Notes under the pieces: model-generated
Database searches by the model: none
What the model was told of the DNA's origin: nothing
The model's input: the letters and a program-made list of their open reading frames with translations, nothing else
Part shown: in pieces, positions 44,973 to 55,317 of the stretch
How the letters are laid out: each line of letters starts with the position of its first letter
Numbering within the stretch: position 1 is the stretch's first letter
Assembly (NCBI GenBank): GCA_049965035.1
Contig: JBMFWS010000006.1
Coordinates: forward strand, 4,582 to 68,581
Length of the DNA: 64,000 nucleotides
From: Acidimicrobiales bacterium
Lineage (GTDB): Bacteria; Actinomycetota; Acidimicrobiia; Acidimicrobiales; RAAP-2
Direction: 5' to 3'
Program-made: the position numbers and the translations under genes

Positions 44973-46400
44973 ATGCGGCAGTTGTCCAACTTCATCGGCG
45001 GGCAGTACGTGGCGCCGCGGAGCGGCCAGTACGCCACACTGATCAATCCCGCGACGGGGGAAGCGTTCGCCGAGATGCCGCTGTCGAATGCCGACGACAT
45101 CGACGCGGCGGTGACGGTGGCCCAGCAGGCCTTCCAGTCGTGGCGGCGTACGACGCCCGCGGAGCGCTCGCTGGCCCTCATCCGCATCGCCGACGTCCTC
45201 GAGAGCCACGTCGACGAGCTCGTCGCGCTGGAGTCCGAGAACACTGGCAAGATCCTCGCGCTCACCTACAGCGAAGAGATCCCGCCGATGCTCGACCAGA
45301 TTCGCTTCTTCGCCGGAGCGGCCCGCCTGCTCGAGGGCCGGGGTGCTGCCGAGTACATGACGGGCATGACCAGTTACGTCCGGCGCGAGCCCATCGGGGT
45401 CTGCGGCGCGGTCACCCCATGGAACTACCCGATGATGATGGCGGTGTGGAAGTGGGCGCCGGCCATCGCGGCGGGCAACACGATGGTGCTCAAGCCCGGT
45501 GACTCCACGCCGGTGTCTACCCTGCGCATGGCCGAGTTGATGGCCGAGGTCCTGCCGGCGGGCGTGTTCAACGTCGTGTGCGGCGACCGCGACACCGGGC
45601 GGGCGCTGGTGGAGCACCCGGTGCCGGCGATGGTGTCGGTGACCGGCTCGGTGCGCGCGGGCATGGAGGTGGCGGCCACCGCGTCGCGCACCCTCAAGCG
45701 CACGCACCTGGAGCTCGGCGGCAAGGCCCCGGTGCTCGTCTTCGACGACGTCGACGTGTCCGCAGCCGTCGAGACCATCGCCGTCGCGGGATACTTCAAC
45801 GCCGGTCAGGACTGCACGGCCGCCACGCGGATTCTGGTCCAGTCCAGCATCTACGGGGACTTCGTCGACGCCCTGGCCGCGCAGGCGAAGGCCACCGTGA
45901 TCGGGCTTCCCGACAACCCCGACGCCCTGTTCGGGCCGGTGAACAACGTCAACCAGCTGGCCCGCGTCACCGGCTTCCTCGAGCGGGTGCCGGCGCACGC
46001 GTCGATCGTGGCCGGCGGATCCCAGGTCGGCGATGTGGGCTACTTCGTGTCACCCACGGTCGTCGCCGACCTGCACCAGGACGACGAGATGATCCAGAGC
46101 GAGATCTTCGGTCCCGTCCTCACCGTCCAGAAGTTCGAGGACGAGGCGCAGGCGCTGGCCTACGCCAACGGTGTCGACTACGGGCTGGCGTCCTCGGTGT
46201 GGACGGCCAACCACGGGCGTGCCATGCGCCTGACCCGCGACCTCGACTTCGGCTGCGTGTGGGTGAACACGCACATCCCCCTGGTGGCCGAGATGCCCCA
46301 CGGAGGGTTCAAGCGCTCGGGCTACGGCAAGGACCTCTCGGTCTACGGGTTCGAGGACTACACGCGCATCAAGCACGTGATGCACAGCATCGAGGAGTGA
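44973..46400 (+). CDS. Gamma-aminobutyraldehyde dehydrogenase
   Basis: VTPWNYP, TGSVRAG, LELGGKAP, YFNAGQDCTAATR, EIFGPV, EMPHGGFKRSGYGKDLS. Confidence 0.9.
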   Translation: MRQLSNFIGGQYVAPRSGQYATLINPATGEAFAEMPLSNADDIDAAVTVAQQAFQSWRRTTPAERSLALIRIADVLESHVDELVALESENTGKILALTYSEEIPPMLDQIRFFAGAARLLEGRGAAEYMTGMTSYVRREPIGVCGAVTPWNYPMMMAVWKWAPAIAAGNTMVLKPGDSTPVSTLRMAELMAEVLPAGVFNVVCGDRDTGRALVEHPVPAMVSVTGSVRAGMEVAATASRTLKRTHLELGGKAPVLVFDDVDVSAAVETIAVAGYFNAGQDCTAATRILVQSSIYGDFVDALAAQAKATVIGLPDNPDALFGPVNNVNQLARVTGFLERVPAHASIVAGGSQVGDVGYFVSPTVVADLHQDDEMIQSEIFGPVLTVQKFEDEAQALAYANGVDYGLASSVWTANHGRAMRLTRDLDFGCVWVNTHIPLVAEMPHGGFKRSGYGKDLSVYGFEDYTRIKHVMHSIEE

Positions 46401-46504
46401 GGGGTGCCGCATCTGGAACGAGACGACGTGCTAGGCAGGGCCGATGGCTCCGGCTGGGTGCGGCCGTCGTGCACCGGCTAGACAGCATCTGAGGGGGGTG
46501 ACGC

Positions 46505-47740
46505 ATGGCCTTGCGGGCAGAGGGTGAGACGGCTGGTCCGGCTGAGCCGGATGAGCGGACCTCGGGGAAGGCGGCGCGTCCCGGGCGCCCGGGCCGCATC
46601 CTCGCCGTCGAGTCCGCCGACGTCGAGTTCGTAGGCGTCACCAAGGAGTTCCACGACCTCACCGCGGTCGACGACCTGAACCTCAAGGTCGAGGCGGGGG
46701 AGTTCTTCAGCCTGCTCGGGCCATCGGGATGCGGGAAGACGACGTCACTGCGCATGTTGGGCGGCTTCGAGGAGCCCACGCGAGGACGCATCCTGCTGGG
46801 CGGCCAAGACGTCACCAGCCTCCCGCCCTACCGCCGCGACGTCAACACGGTGTTCCAGTCCTACGCCCTGTTCCCGCATCTCGACGTCTTCGAGAACGTG
46901 GCCTTCGGCCTACGGCGCCGGCGCTTCGACCGCGCCGAGATCCGCCGCCGGGTGAGCGAGATGCTCGAGATCGTCGACCTGCCCAACTACGAGAAGCGCC
47001 AGTCGTCCCAGCTGTCGGGTGGCCAGCAGCAGCGGGTCGCGCTGGCCCGGGCCCTCGTCAACGAGCCCAAGGTCCTCTTGCTCGACGAGCCGATGTCGGC
47101 GCTGGACGCCAAGCTGCGCCGCCAGATGCAGATCGAGCTCAAGCGCATCCAGGCTCAGGTGGGGATCACCTTCCTCTACGTCACCCACGACCAGGAGGAG
47201 GCGATGACCATGTCGAACCGCCTGGCCGTTATGTGGCACGGGCGCATCGAGGGCATGGGCAGCCCCAAGGACGTCTACGACAACCCGACGACCGAGTTCG
47301 TGGCGTCGTTCCTCGGGGCCTCGAACCTGCTGCCCGGCACGATCGAGTCGAGCGCGGCCGACGTGGTGACGGTCGCGGTCGCGGGCGGTGCGATCATGCA
47401 CGTGCTGCCCCAGCGGGTGTCCCGACTGGAGACCAGCAGCGACGTCAAGGTGGGCGTGCGCCCCGAGAAGATTGGCATCGTGGCCCTGGACAGCGACGTC
47501 CCGGCGTCCCACAACGCCATCGGGGGTCGCGTGGTCGTCTCGACGTTCACCGGTGTGGGAAACCAGTACATCGTCGAGACGGCGATCGGCGTGAACATCA
47601 CGGTCTACGCCCAGAACATCGGTCATCAGTCGGCGCCCCGCAGCGGGGACGAGGTCATCTTGACGTGGCCGGTCGAGCACACCTTCACGGTGGCTCCACT
47701 GCCCACGTCGGTTGAAATCAATGAAACAGAGGGGGATTAA
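46505..47740 (+). CDS. potA: Polyamine ABC transporter ATP-binding subunit
   Basis: [41 protein letters not shown]-like tail. Confidence 0.9.
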   Translation: MALRAEGETAGPAEPDERTSGKAARPGRPGRILAVESADVEFVGVTKEFHDLTAVDDLNLKVEAGEFFSLLGPSGCGKTTSLRMLGGFEEPTRGRILLGGQDVTSLPPYRRDVNTVFQSYALFPHLDVFENVAFGLRRRRFDRAEIRRRVSEMLEIVDLPNYEKRQSSQLSGGQQQRVALARALVNEPKVLLLDEPMSALDAKLRRQMQIELKRIQAQVGITFLYVTHDQEEAMTMSNRLAVMWHGRIEGMGSPKDVYDNPTTEFVASFLGASNLLPGTIESSAADVVTVAVAGGAIMHVLPQRVSRLETSSDVKVGVRPEKIGIVALDSDVPASHNAIGGRVVVSTFTGVGNQYIVETAIGVNITVYAQNIGHQSAPRSGDEVILTWPVEHTFTVAPLPTSVEINETEGD

Positions 47741-47742
47741 CC

Positions 47743-49041
47743 ATGTCAGAGGAGTTCAGTCTGCTCGGGCTAGATGGGTCGATCGATCCGTCGTTCTGGC
47801 GAGGGCTCACCCAGCGTCGCCTGTCGCGCCGCAACGTGCTCAAGGCGGCGGGTGCCGGCGCCGGGGCATCGCTGCTGTGGGGCGAGATGGCGGGCGCCGG
47901 TCTGCCCAACGCCAAGGTGGGGACGCCGACGTGGTGGAAGAAGCAGAAGATCCATCACGTCGTCAACTTCGCCAACTGGCCCTTGTACATCGACGTGCTG
48001 AACGGCCAGCACCTGTCGCTGGAGCAGTTCACGAAGACGACGGGCATCAAGGTCAACTACTACGAGGTGATCCAGGACAACGCGTCGTTCTACGCCAAGA
48101 TCCGCCCGTCCCTGGCCGCCGGCCAGTACACGGGCTACGACATCGTCGTCATGACCAACAACAACCCCGAGCTCGGCTACCTCTTCCAGAACGGCTGGGT
48201 GGTGCCGCTGGATCACAAGCTGATGACGAACTTCAACCGGTACGCGGGGCCGCTCGTCAAGAGCCCGTCGTGGGACCCGGGCAACAAGTACTCGATGGCC
48301 TGGCAGTCGGGCTGGACCTCGGTGGCCTACAACGCCAAGCACGTCAAGGACCCCGGCGACAGCATCCAGATCCTGTTCGACAAGAAGTACGCGGGCAAGG
48401 TCGGCATGCTCTCGGACCCCTTCGAGCTGGGGAGCGCGGGCCTGCTGGCCATCGGTGTCGAGCCGTTCTCGTCGACCGAGAAGGAGTGGTCGAAGGCGGC
48501 CAAGAAGCTGCAGCAGCAGCGCAGCGATGGCATCGTCCAGGCGTACTACGACCAGAGCTACATCCAGCACCTGAAGAACGGCGACACGATCGTGTCCCAG
48601 TGCTACTCGGGTGACATCTTCCAGGCCAACCTCAACTCCAAGTACAAGGACCTCACCTTGATGTATCCCAAGGAGGGCCTGATGCTGTGGACGGACAACA
48701 TGTGCATCCCGCTGTACGCGCAGAATCCGCTGGACGCGATGAAGCTGATGGACTTCTACTACAGCCCGATGTCCCAGGCGGTGGTCGAGTACTACAACGA
48801 CTACATCTGCCCGGTGCCCAGCGCGCGCCAGCAGCTGCTGCACCCCACCGGATGGGACGCCGCGGCCCTGAAGAAGATGGCACCCTCAATCGGCCTGCCC
48901 ACGTCGGTCACGGCCAAGGCGCCCACCGTCTTCCCCTCGGGACGGCTGGTGTCGCTGTCGAAGAACTACTACCCCTTTAAGACGCAAGAAGAGATCAACA
49001 CGTGGACGAACCTCTTCCTCCCGATCATCCAGGGGGCGTAG
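47743..49041 (+). CDS. potD: Polyamine ABC transporter substrate-binding protein with a Tat signal
   Basis: SRRNVLK Tat motif, FANWPLYID, WQSG, YSGDIFQ, PKEGLMLWTDNM. Confidence 0.85.
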   Translation: MSEEFSLLGLDGSIDPSFWRGLTQRRLSRRNVLKAAGAGAGASLLWGEMAGAGLPNAKVGTPTWWKKQKIHHVVNFANWPLYIDVLNGQHLSLEQFTKTTGIKVNYYEVIQDNASFYAKIRPSLAAGQYTGYDIVVMTNNNPELGYLFQNGWVVPLDHKLMTNFNRYAGPLVKSPSWDPGNKYSMAWQSGWTSVAYNAKHVKDPGDSIQILFDKKYAGKVGMLSDPFELGSAGLLAIGVEPFSSTEKEWSKAAKKLQQQRSDGIVQAYYDQSYIQHLKNGDTIVSQCYSGDIFQANLNSKYKDLTLMYPKEGLMLWTDNMCIPLYAQNPLDAMKLMDFYYSPMSQAVVEYYNDYICPVPSARQQLLHPTGWDAAALKKMAPSIGLPTSVTAKAPTVFPSGRLVSLSKNYYPFKTQEEINTWTNLFLPIIQGA

Positions 49042-49916
49042 CTACCGCGCGTCGGCGGCCTCGGGTAGGTAGGGCGCTCGCGCCCTACCTCCTGAGCCTG
49101 CCGTCGGGGCTCTGGCTCCTGCTGCTGTTCGTGGTGCCGCTGGCCTTCATGCTGTCGCTGTCGCTGAAGACCTGCAATCCCGCGACGGGGGCCTGCGTCA
49201 TGACGTGGCACTGGGGCGAGTTCCCCAGCGAGATCAGCCTGTACCACCAGGAGTTCATCACCAGCCTGTACTTCGCGGCCGTGTCGACGATCGTGGACCT
49301 CATCATCTCGTTCCCGATCGCCTACTGGATCGCGTTCTACGGGGGTCGGCGCAAGAACTTCTTCCTGCTGATGCTGCTGGTGCCGTTCTTCGTGTCCTTC
49401 GTGATCCGCACGATCGTGTGGGAGTTCGTCCTGGCCAACAACGGCGTGGTGCTGGGGACCCTGAAGCACCTGCACCTGCTGCCCGCGGGGTTCCACGTGC
49501 TCGGGACCGGCTACGCGGTGATGGCGGGGCTCGCCTACAACTACCTGCCCTTCACCGCGCTGCCCCTGTACGTGGCGCTCGAGCGGATCGACCGTCGGGT
49601 CCTCGAGGCGGCCTACGACCTCTACGCCACCCGGCGAGCCGGATTCTTGCGGGTGATCCTTCCCTTGACGGTGCCGGGCATCTTCGCCGCGTTCCTCCTC
49701 ACGTTCATCCCCATGTTCGGTGACTACGTGAACCAGGAGATCTTGGGCGGGACGTCGAACACCATGATCGGGACCGTCATCCAGAACCAGTTCCTGGTGA
49801 ACTTCGACTTCGCGGGCGGGGCATCGCTGTCGGCCATCTTGCTGGTGATCGCCCTGGTCGGCATCTATCTCTACGCCCGATTGCTGGGATCGCGCACGAT
49901 CGAGCAGTACTTGTGA
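49002..49916 (+). CDS. potB: Polyamine ABC transporter permease (start uncertain)
   Basis: LLVPFFVSFVIRT, YNYLPF..LPLY, EAAYDLYA, FGDYV. Confidence 0.85.
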   Translation: MDEPLPPDHPGGVATARRRPRVGRALAPYLLSLPSGLWLLLLFVVPLAFMLSLSLKTCNPATGACVMTWHWGEFPSEISLYHQEFITSLYFAAVSTIVDLIISFPIAYWIAFYGGRRKNFFLLMLLVPFFVSFVIRTIVWEFVLANNGVVLGTLKHLHLLPAGFHVLGTGYAVMAGLAYNYLPFTALPLYVALERIDRRVLEAAYDLYATRRAGFLRVILPLTVPGIFAAFLLTFIPMFGDYVNQEILGGTSNTMIGTVIQNQFLVNFDFAGGASLSAILLVIALVGIYLYARLLGSRTIEQYL

Positions 49917-50752
49917 GCGCGGTCACGTCGCCCGAGGCGGTCGCGCCGCGGCGACGTCACCGCTGGGGCCGAGCACTCTTGCCCGTCTACTCGTGGCTGG
50001 TGATCGCGTACCTGGTGTTTCCGATCATCATCATGATCATCTACAGCTTCAACAAGACGTTCGGCTCGATGCAGCTGGTCAGCTTCTCGTGGAATGGCTT
50101 CACTGACCAGTGGTTCAGGCAGTGGAGCGACATTCCCGGCCTGACGCAGTCGTTCTGGCTGTCGATCCGCCTGGGCATCACGAGCACGCTCATCTCGACG
50201 GTGCTGGGGACGATGCTGGCCATGGCCCTGGTGCGCTACCGCCCGCCGCGCTTCCGGGGCAAGGCGGCCTTCGAGCAGGTCCTCTTCTTGAACATCGCGG
50301 CACCCGAGATCGTCCTGGGCGCCTCACTGCTGGGCATGTTCGTGTCGCTCAACATCGGGCGCGGTTTCTTGACGCTGGTCCTGTCCCACGTGATGTTCTC
50401 GATCGCCTACGTCGCCGTCACCGTGCGCGCGCGGCTGGCGGGCTTCGACCGGTCACTCGAGGAGGCCGCCTACGACTTGGGAGCCAATCCCTGGACGACT
50501 TTCACCCGGGTCACCCTGCCCCTGATCATGCCGGGTGTCCTGGCCGGTGCGCTGATGGCGTTCGCCCTCTCGATCGACGACTTCGTGACGTCGAACTTCT
50601 TGAGCGGCTCGAGCGCGCCGTTCCCGGTGTGGGTCTACGGTGTGACCCGCGTGGGCATCCCGCCCCAGGTGTTCGTCTTCGGGACGGCGATCTTCGCGGT
50701 CGGGATCGGCCTCGCACTGACCAGTGTTGTGCTGGCGCGGAAGAAGGTCTGA
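49913..50752 (+). CDS. potC: Polyamine ABC transporter permease
   Basis: IYSFN, PEIVLG, SHVMFSIAYV, LEEAAYDLGA, FALSIDDFV. Confidence 0.88.
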   Translation: MSAVTSPEAVAPRRRHRWGRALLPVYSWLVIAYLVFPIIIMIIYSFNKTFGSMQLVSFSWNGFTDQWFRQWSDIPGLTQSFWLSIRLGITSTLISTVLGTMLAMALVRYRPPRFRGKAAFEQVLFLNIAAPEIVLGASLLGMFVSLNIGRGFLTLVLSHVMFSIAYVAVTVRARLAGFDRSLEEAAYDLGANPWTTFTRVTLPLIMPGVLAGALMAFALSIDDFVTSNFLSGSSAPFPVWVYGVTRVGIPPQVFVFGTAIFAVGIGLALTSVVLARKKV

Positions 50753-50789
50753 GGGACAGTGCGTCCCCAGAGAAATAGATGAGGAAACC

Positions 50790-51908
50790 ATGAAGATTGG
50801 CGTGCCCAAGGAAATCAAGACGGACGAGAACCGGGTCGCCGTGACTGCGGCCGGCGTGCGGGAGTTCTCGCACGCGGGCCACCAGGTCCTGATCGAGCGC
50901 GGAGCCGGTCTGGGCTCAAGCATCAAGGATGAGGACTTCGTCGCCGCCGGCGGCACGATCGTCGACGACGTCGACGACGTGTGGGCCGACAGCGACCTGA
51001 TCATGAAGGTCAAGGAGCCGATCGCCGTGGAGTATCCGCGCCTGGCCGCGCGGGCGGGTCAGGTGCTGTTCACGTACCTGCACCTGGCCGCGTCGCGCGA
51101 GTGCACCGACGCCCTGCTCCAGGCGGGCAACGTGGCCATCGCCTACGAGACCGTGCGCGTCAGCGACGGATCGCTGCCCCTGCTGACGCCGATGAGCGAG
51201 GTGGCCGGTCGTATGGCGCCGCTCATGGGGGCACACCACCTGATGCGCCCGGGCGGCGGGCGCGGCGCCCTGGTCAGCGGCGTGCCCGGGGTCCCTCCGG
51301 TCCGGGTGGCGGTGATCGGTGCCGGGGTCGCGGGACTGGCGGCGGCCACCATCGCCGTGGGCCTGCACGCCGAAGTCACGATCCTGGACAAGAACCTGGA
51401 CCGGCTGCGCGCGCTCGACCACCACTTCGACGGTCGGGTCCAGACGGTCGCGTCCTCGACCCTGGCGGTCGAGCAGGCCGTCGCGGGTGCCGACATCGTC
51501 ATCGGCGCGGTGTTGGTCGTGGGCGCCAAGGCGCCCAAGCTCGTCACCAACGCCATGGTGGCCGAGATGCGCGAGGGCTCGGTGCTCGTCGACATCTCCG
51601 TCGACCAGGGCGGGTGCTTCGAGGCGACGCATCCCACCACGCACTCGGACCCGGTCTTCGAGGTCAACGGCTCGATCTTCTACTGCGTGGCCAACATGCC
51701 CGGGGCGGTCCCGGCGACGTCGACCGCCGCCCTGGCCAACGCCACCTTGCCCTACGCGCTGTCCCTGGCCAATCACGGGTGGCGTGACGCGGTGCGTCAC
51801 GACGCCGCGCTGGCCGAGGGTGTCAACGTCGTGGGTGGGCAGCTGACCTACGGCCCGGTGGCCGAGGCGCACGGTCTTACTGCGACGACGCTGAGCGATC
51901 TGCTCTGA
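50790..51908 (+). CDS. ald: Alanine dehydrogenase
   Basis: MKIGVPKEIK..ENRV, KVKEP, FTYLHLA, PMSEVAGR, DISVDQGGC, YCVANMPGAVP. Confidence 0.96.
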   Translation: MKIGVPKEIKTDENRVAVTAAGVREFSHAGHQVLIERGAGLGSSIKDEDFVAAGGTIVDDVDDVWADSDLIMKVKEPIAVEYPRLAARAGQVLFTYLHLAASRECTDALLQAGNVAIAYETVRVSDGSLPLLTPMSEVAGRMAPLMGAHHLMRPGGGRGALVSGVPGVPPVRVAVIGAGVAGLAAATIAVGLHAEVTILDKNLDRLRALDHHFDGRVQTVASSTLAVEQAVAGADIVIGAVLVVGAKAPKLVTNAMVAEMREGSVLVDISVDQGGCFEATHPTTHSDPVFEVNGSIFYCVANMPGAVPATSTAALANATLPYALSLANHGWRDAVRHDAALAEGVNVVGGQLTYGPVAEAHGLTATTLSDLL

Positions 51909-51914
51909 GAGGAG

Positions 51915-51944
51915 TCAGCGCCCCGGGGCGACCCGGGGCGCTGA
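51915..51944 (+). terminator. GC-rich hairpin after ald
   Basis: TCAGCGCCCCGGG-GCGA-CCCGGGGCGCTGA, a 13-bp stem with a GNRA loop. Confidence 0.7.
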
Positions 51945-52157
51945 GCTCTCACGACTTCGTGGTCGAGCCGTAGGGGCAGTGCCGGCACCCCTGGTCACAG
52001 CAGATCCCACGGGCCAGCAGCCAGGAGCGCGTGAAGACCCGGAATCCCGTGGCCGGGTCTCGGTAGGTCGTCGCGCCCCGCGCGACCGCGTCGGCGTGCG
52101 CCGCGGCGATCCGATCCTCCCCGGACCCCCCTCGGGGTCCCGGGCGCTCGGGGCCGC

Positions 52158-53099
52158 TCAGGGCATCTCCAAGACGATGTGTCCGAACCGTCCCGACCGG
52201 CCAAACGCCTCGTAGGCGCGCGCCACCTCGGTGAGGGGGTATCCCTCGGCGACCGGGACCCGCAGCCCGCCTCGCGACCAGCGATCCCCGAGATCGGTCG
52301 CGGCTGCGGCAATGGCCCGGGCCTTCTCGTCGGGCGAGCGCGATCGCAGGGTGGATCCGGTGAGGCGCAGGCGCCTCTGCATGACGGCGAGCAGATCTAC
52401 CTCGAGCCGCGAGCCGCCGCCCACGCCGATGACCACCAGGCGACCGTGCGGGCCGAGGCGATGCAGGGAGGTGGCCGCCGTGGCCGCCCCCACCAGCTCG
52501 AGCACGACGTCGACCGGGGCGATGTCGGCCAGCTCCTCGGTGAGGATCGCCTCGGCGGCCCCCAGATCGCGCAGGGCGTCATGGTGCGCGCGCGTGCGCG
52601 TCACGGCAATCGTGTGCGCCCCCAGCATCGCGCCGATCTGCACGGCTGCGGTCCCGACGCCGCCCGCCGCCCCGGTGACGACCAGGCGCTCGCCCGAGCG
52701 CAGCCCGGCCTGGGACACCAGGGCGTCGTGGGCCGTGACGAATGCCTCCGCGAAGGCGCCCGCCGCGCGCAGGTCGACGCCCTCGGGCACCGCGAGGAGG
52801 TGGGCGGCCGGGACGAGGGCGGAGGTGGCGTGGCCGCCACCGCCGACGATGGCGCACACGCGACGGCCTAGCCAGCTCTCGGCGCCGGGTCCGGTGGCGT
52901 CGACGGTGCCGGCGAGCTCGAGGCCGGGGATGTCGGGTGGCCAGTCGGCGGGGGCGGGGTAGTGCCCGGCAACCTGGAGGAGGTCGGCCGCGTTGAGTCC
53001 GGCCGCCTGGACGTGGACGCGCACCTCGCGTGGCCCGGGCGCGGGATCCGGGCGCTCGGCGATCTCGAGTCGGCCCTCGGTGATCACGGCGGCGCGCAC
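52158..53099 (-). CDS. NADPH:quinone oxidoreductase (MDR, zeta-crystallin-like)
   Basis: AAGLNAADLLQ..GHY, IPGLELAG, VTGAAGGVGTAAVQ, LTGSTLRSR. Confidence 0.88.
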   Translation of the reverse strand: MRAAVITEGRLEIAERPDPAPGPREVRVHVQAAGLNAADLLQVAGHYPAPADWPPDIPGLELAGTVDATGPGAESWLGRRVCAIVGGGGHATSALVPAAHLLAVPEGVDLRAAGAFAEAFVTAHDALVSQAGLRSGERLVVTGAAGGVGTAAVQIGAMLGAHTIAVTRTRAHHDALRDLGAAEAILTEELADIAPVDVVLELVGAATAATSLHRLGPHGRLVVIGVGGGSRLEVDLLAVMQRRLRLTGSTLRSRSPDEKARAIAAAATDLGDRWSRGGLRVPVAEGYPLTEVARAYEAFGRSGRFGHIVLEMP

Positions 53100-53155
53100 G
53101 CCGGAAGCCTACGGCCGCGCGCGTGCGCGCCGACCGCTCCCGCTAGCGTCCCCCC

Positions 53156-53638
53156 ATGACAATCCTCGACACCCCGATCCGCAGCCTCGCCGGGCAGCCC
53201 CTCTCGTTGCGGGCGGTTCCCGCTCGGGCCCTGCTGGTGGTGAACGTCGCCTCCCAGTGCGGCCTGACGCCCCAGTATGAGGGCTTAGAGGAGCTCCAGC
53301 GCCGCTACGGGCCCCGGGGCCTGTCGGTGGTGGGGTTCCCCTGCAACCAGTTCGGGGCCCAAGAGCCCGGCTCGCCCGAGGAGATCGCCACCTTTTGCTC
53401 GACGACCTACGGCGTGACCTTCCCCCTGTTCGAGAAGATCGAGGTGAACGGCGACGGGCGCCACCCCATCTACCAGGTCCTGGTCGAGGCCCCCGACACC
53501 GAGGGCTACACCGGTGACATCCGGTGGAACTTCGAGAAGTTCCTCGTGGTCGACGACGCGGTCGCGGCGCGCTTCGCGCCAACGGTCACCCCCGAGGACC
53601 CGCGCCTGGTGGAGGCCGTCGAGGCGGTGCTCGCCTAA
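53156..53638 (+). CDS. Cys-type glutathione peroxidase family protein
   Basis: VNVASQCGLTPQY, GFPCNQFGAQEPG, WNFEKFLV. Confidence 0.95.
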   Translation: MTILDTPIRSLAGQPLSLRAVPARALLVVNVASQCGLTPQYEGLEELQRRYGPRGLSVVGFPCNQFGAQEPGSPEEIATFCSTTYGVTFPLFEKIEVNGDGRHPIYQVLVEAPDTEGYTGDIRWNFEKFLVVDDAVAARFAPTVTPEDPRLVEAVEAVLA

Positions 53639-54519
53639 GTCGGGATCTGTCGCCGCAGGCCGACGGCGACGGGGGCGAAGCCGGCCCCGACCCAGAACCG
53701 GTGGGCCGGACGATTCGCGCTGCGCCACGTCGCGTCCACGACGGCGACCCGCTCGCGTCGAGCCGCGTAGGCGACGAGGGAGCGGGCCACGCCGTGGCGC
53801 CGGTGCGACGGCGTGACGGCGAGGGCGCTCAGGTGCACCGTTCCTAGTGGGATGCCCAGGGTCGGGGGATAGGCAATCGCCAGGCACTGGGCGACGACGC
53901 GTCCCGCGCTCTCGGCGACGTACCAGTGCCCCGGCGCCTCGGCGGAGCCCTCGTCGAGGTCCGTCTCGTGGGGCCGAAAGACCGGAGCCGACTCCTCGGC
54001 CGCGTCCACGAGGGCCGACAGCCGGGCCGCCACCACCGGGTCGAAGCGCGCGCGCCGCAGGCGGTAGCCCGGGGGCGCCTCGCCGGGCACCCCCGCCGCG
54101 AAGCGGGCACCGCGGCGCAGCTCGTGGGCGAAGCCCAGCTCGCCCCACGCGTCGGTCCAGGCCGGCAGGTCGAAGGACCACACCACGTGGTCGCGCACCC
54201 CCTCGGCGAGCCACGCTGGAGCCGCGTGCGCGTACAGCGCCGCGAGGTCGTCGACGTCGTCGCAGGACCAGGCGTCCGGACTGATCCACGCCTCGCTGCG
54301 CGGGCCCCGCGGGACGAGGGAGGCGGCCAGGTGCCCGACGATCTCGCTCCCGCGGCGGGCCACCCACACGTGAGCCCCGCCGAGCGACTGGATGACGCGC
54401 TCCAGGTCGACCGAGCCGTCCACGTTGGTGAGCGCCTGGGCGGCGGTGGCGAACGTGGTCGAGACGCGAGCGGCGATCGCCGCCAGATCCTCGGGTCGAG
54501 CTCGCGCCACCTGCACCAC
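53635..54519 (-). CDS. GNAT-family N-acetyltransferase
   Basis: LSALAVTPSHRRHGVARSL, WRSANRPAHRFWVGAGF. Confidence 0.8.
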   Translation of the reverse strand: MVQVARARPEDLAAIAARVSTTFATAAQALTNVDGSVDLERVIQSLGGAHVWVARRGSEIVGHLAASLVPRGPRSEAWISPDAWSCDDVDDLAALYAHAAPAWLAEGVRDHVVWSFDLPAWTDAWGELGFAHELRRGARFAAGVPGEAPPGYRLRRARFDPVVAARLSALVDAAEESAPVFRPHETDLDEGSAEAPGHWYVAESAGRVVAQCLAIAYPPTLGIPLGTVHLSALAVTPSHRRHGVARSLVAYAARRERVAVVDATWRSANRPAHRFWVGAGFAPVAVGLRRQIPT

Positions 54520-54552
54520 AGCCTCACGGTAGGCCTGTGCCAGAGTGGTCGG

Positions 54553-55236
54553 GTGATGCTGCAGGCCACCATCTTCGACCTCGACGGGCTCCTCGTGGAC
54601 TCCGAGGTCCTGTGGCACCAGGCCGAGGTCGAGATCCTGGGCGCGCGAGGCGTCCCGGTGACCGAGCATGAGGACCGGGCCACCAAGGGAATGTTCGTGG
54701 GGGAGGTCGTGCGCTACTGGCACGCGCGCTACCCGTGGTCGCCGGCGGCCCTCGACGACGTGGTGGCCCAATTGCTGACGCGCGTCGGCGACCTGGTCGA
54801 GCAGCGCGGTCGCCTGCTGCCCGGTGCCGTGCGCGCCCTGGACCTGACCAGCGAGCACGGACCGGTCGCCCTGGCCAGCTCGACCCCGATGGCGCTCATC
54901 GAGAGGGTGCTCGACCACTTCGCGCTGCGGGACCGCTTCGCCGTGATCCGCTCGGCCGAGGACGAGCCCTTCGGCAAGCCCCATCCCGGCGTGTTCCTGA
55001 GTGCGGCCCGCGAGCTCCACGTCGACCCGACCACCTGCCTGGTCCTCGAGGACTCGGCCGCCGGCGTGATCGCCGCCAAGGCTGCCCGCATGGCCGTGGT
55101 CGCCGTGCCCGTGGCCGCCGAGCGCCATCAGGCCCCCTTCGCTCTGGCCGACCTGCTCCTCGACTCCCTGGTCGAGCTCTCGGCGAGCTGGCTCGACCAG
55201 CGCTTCGCCGGGGGGGGTCCGTCGACCCTCGACTAG
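54553..55236 (+). CDS. HAD-family phosphatase (HxpB/YniC-like)
   Basis: IFDLDGLLVDSE, ALASS, GKPHPGVF, LEDS..GVIAAKAA. Confidence 0.9.
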   Translation: MMLQATIFDLDGLLVDSEVLWHQAEVEILGARGVPVTEHEDRATKGMFVGEVVRYWHARYPWSPAALDDVVAQLLTRVGDLVEQRGRLLPGAVRALDLTSEHGPVALASSTPMALIERVLDHFALRDRFAVIRSAEDEPFGKPHPGVFLSAARELHVDPTTCLVLEDSAAGVIAAKAARMAVVAVPVAAERHQAPFALADLLLDSLVELSASWLDQRFAGGGPSTLD

Positions 55237-55317
55237 GGTCACGCGCTGGCCACCGGCACGCCTCGGCGGGGCGCCAGAGGCCGCTGACTACCATGGGTCA
55301 ACTGTTTGCGGAGGGTC

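Noticed and set aside
53156-53638. Selenoprotein glutathione peroxidase
   Set aside because: The active-site codon is TGC (Cys).
55237-55317. ileS T-box leader
   Set aside because: The region is too short and lacks the GGTGGNACCGCG T-box sequence.
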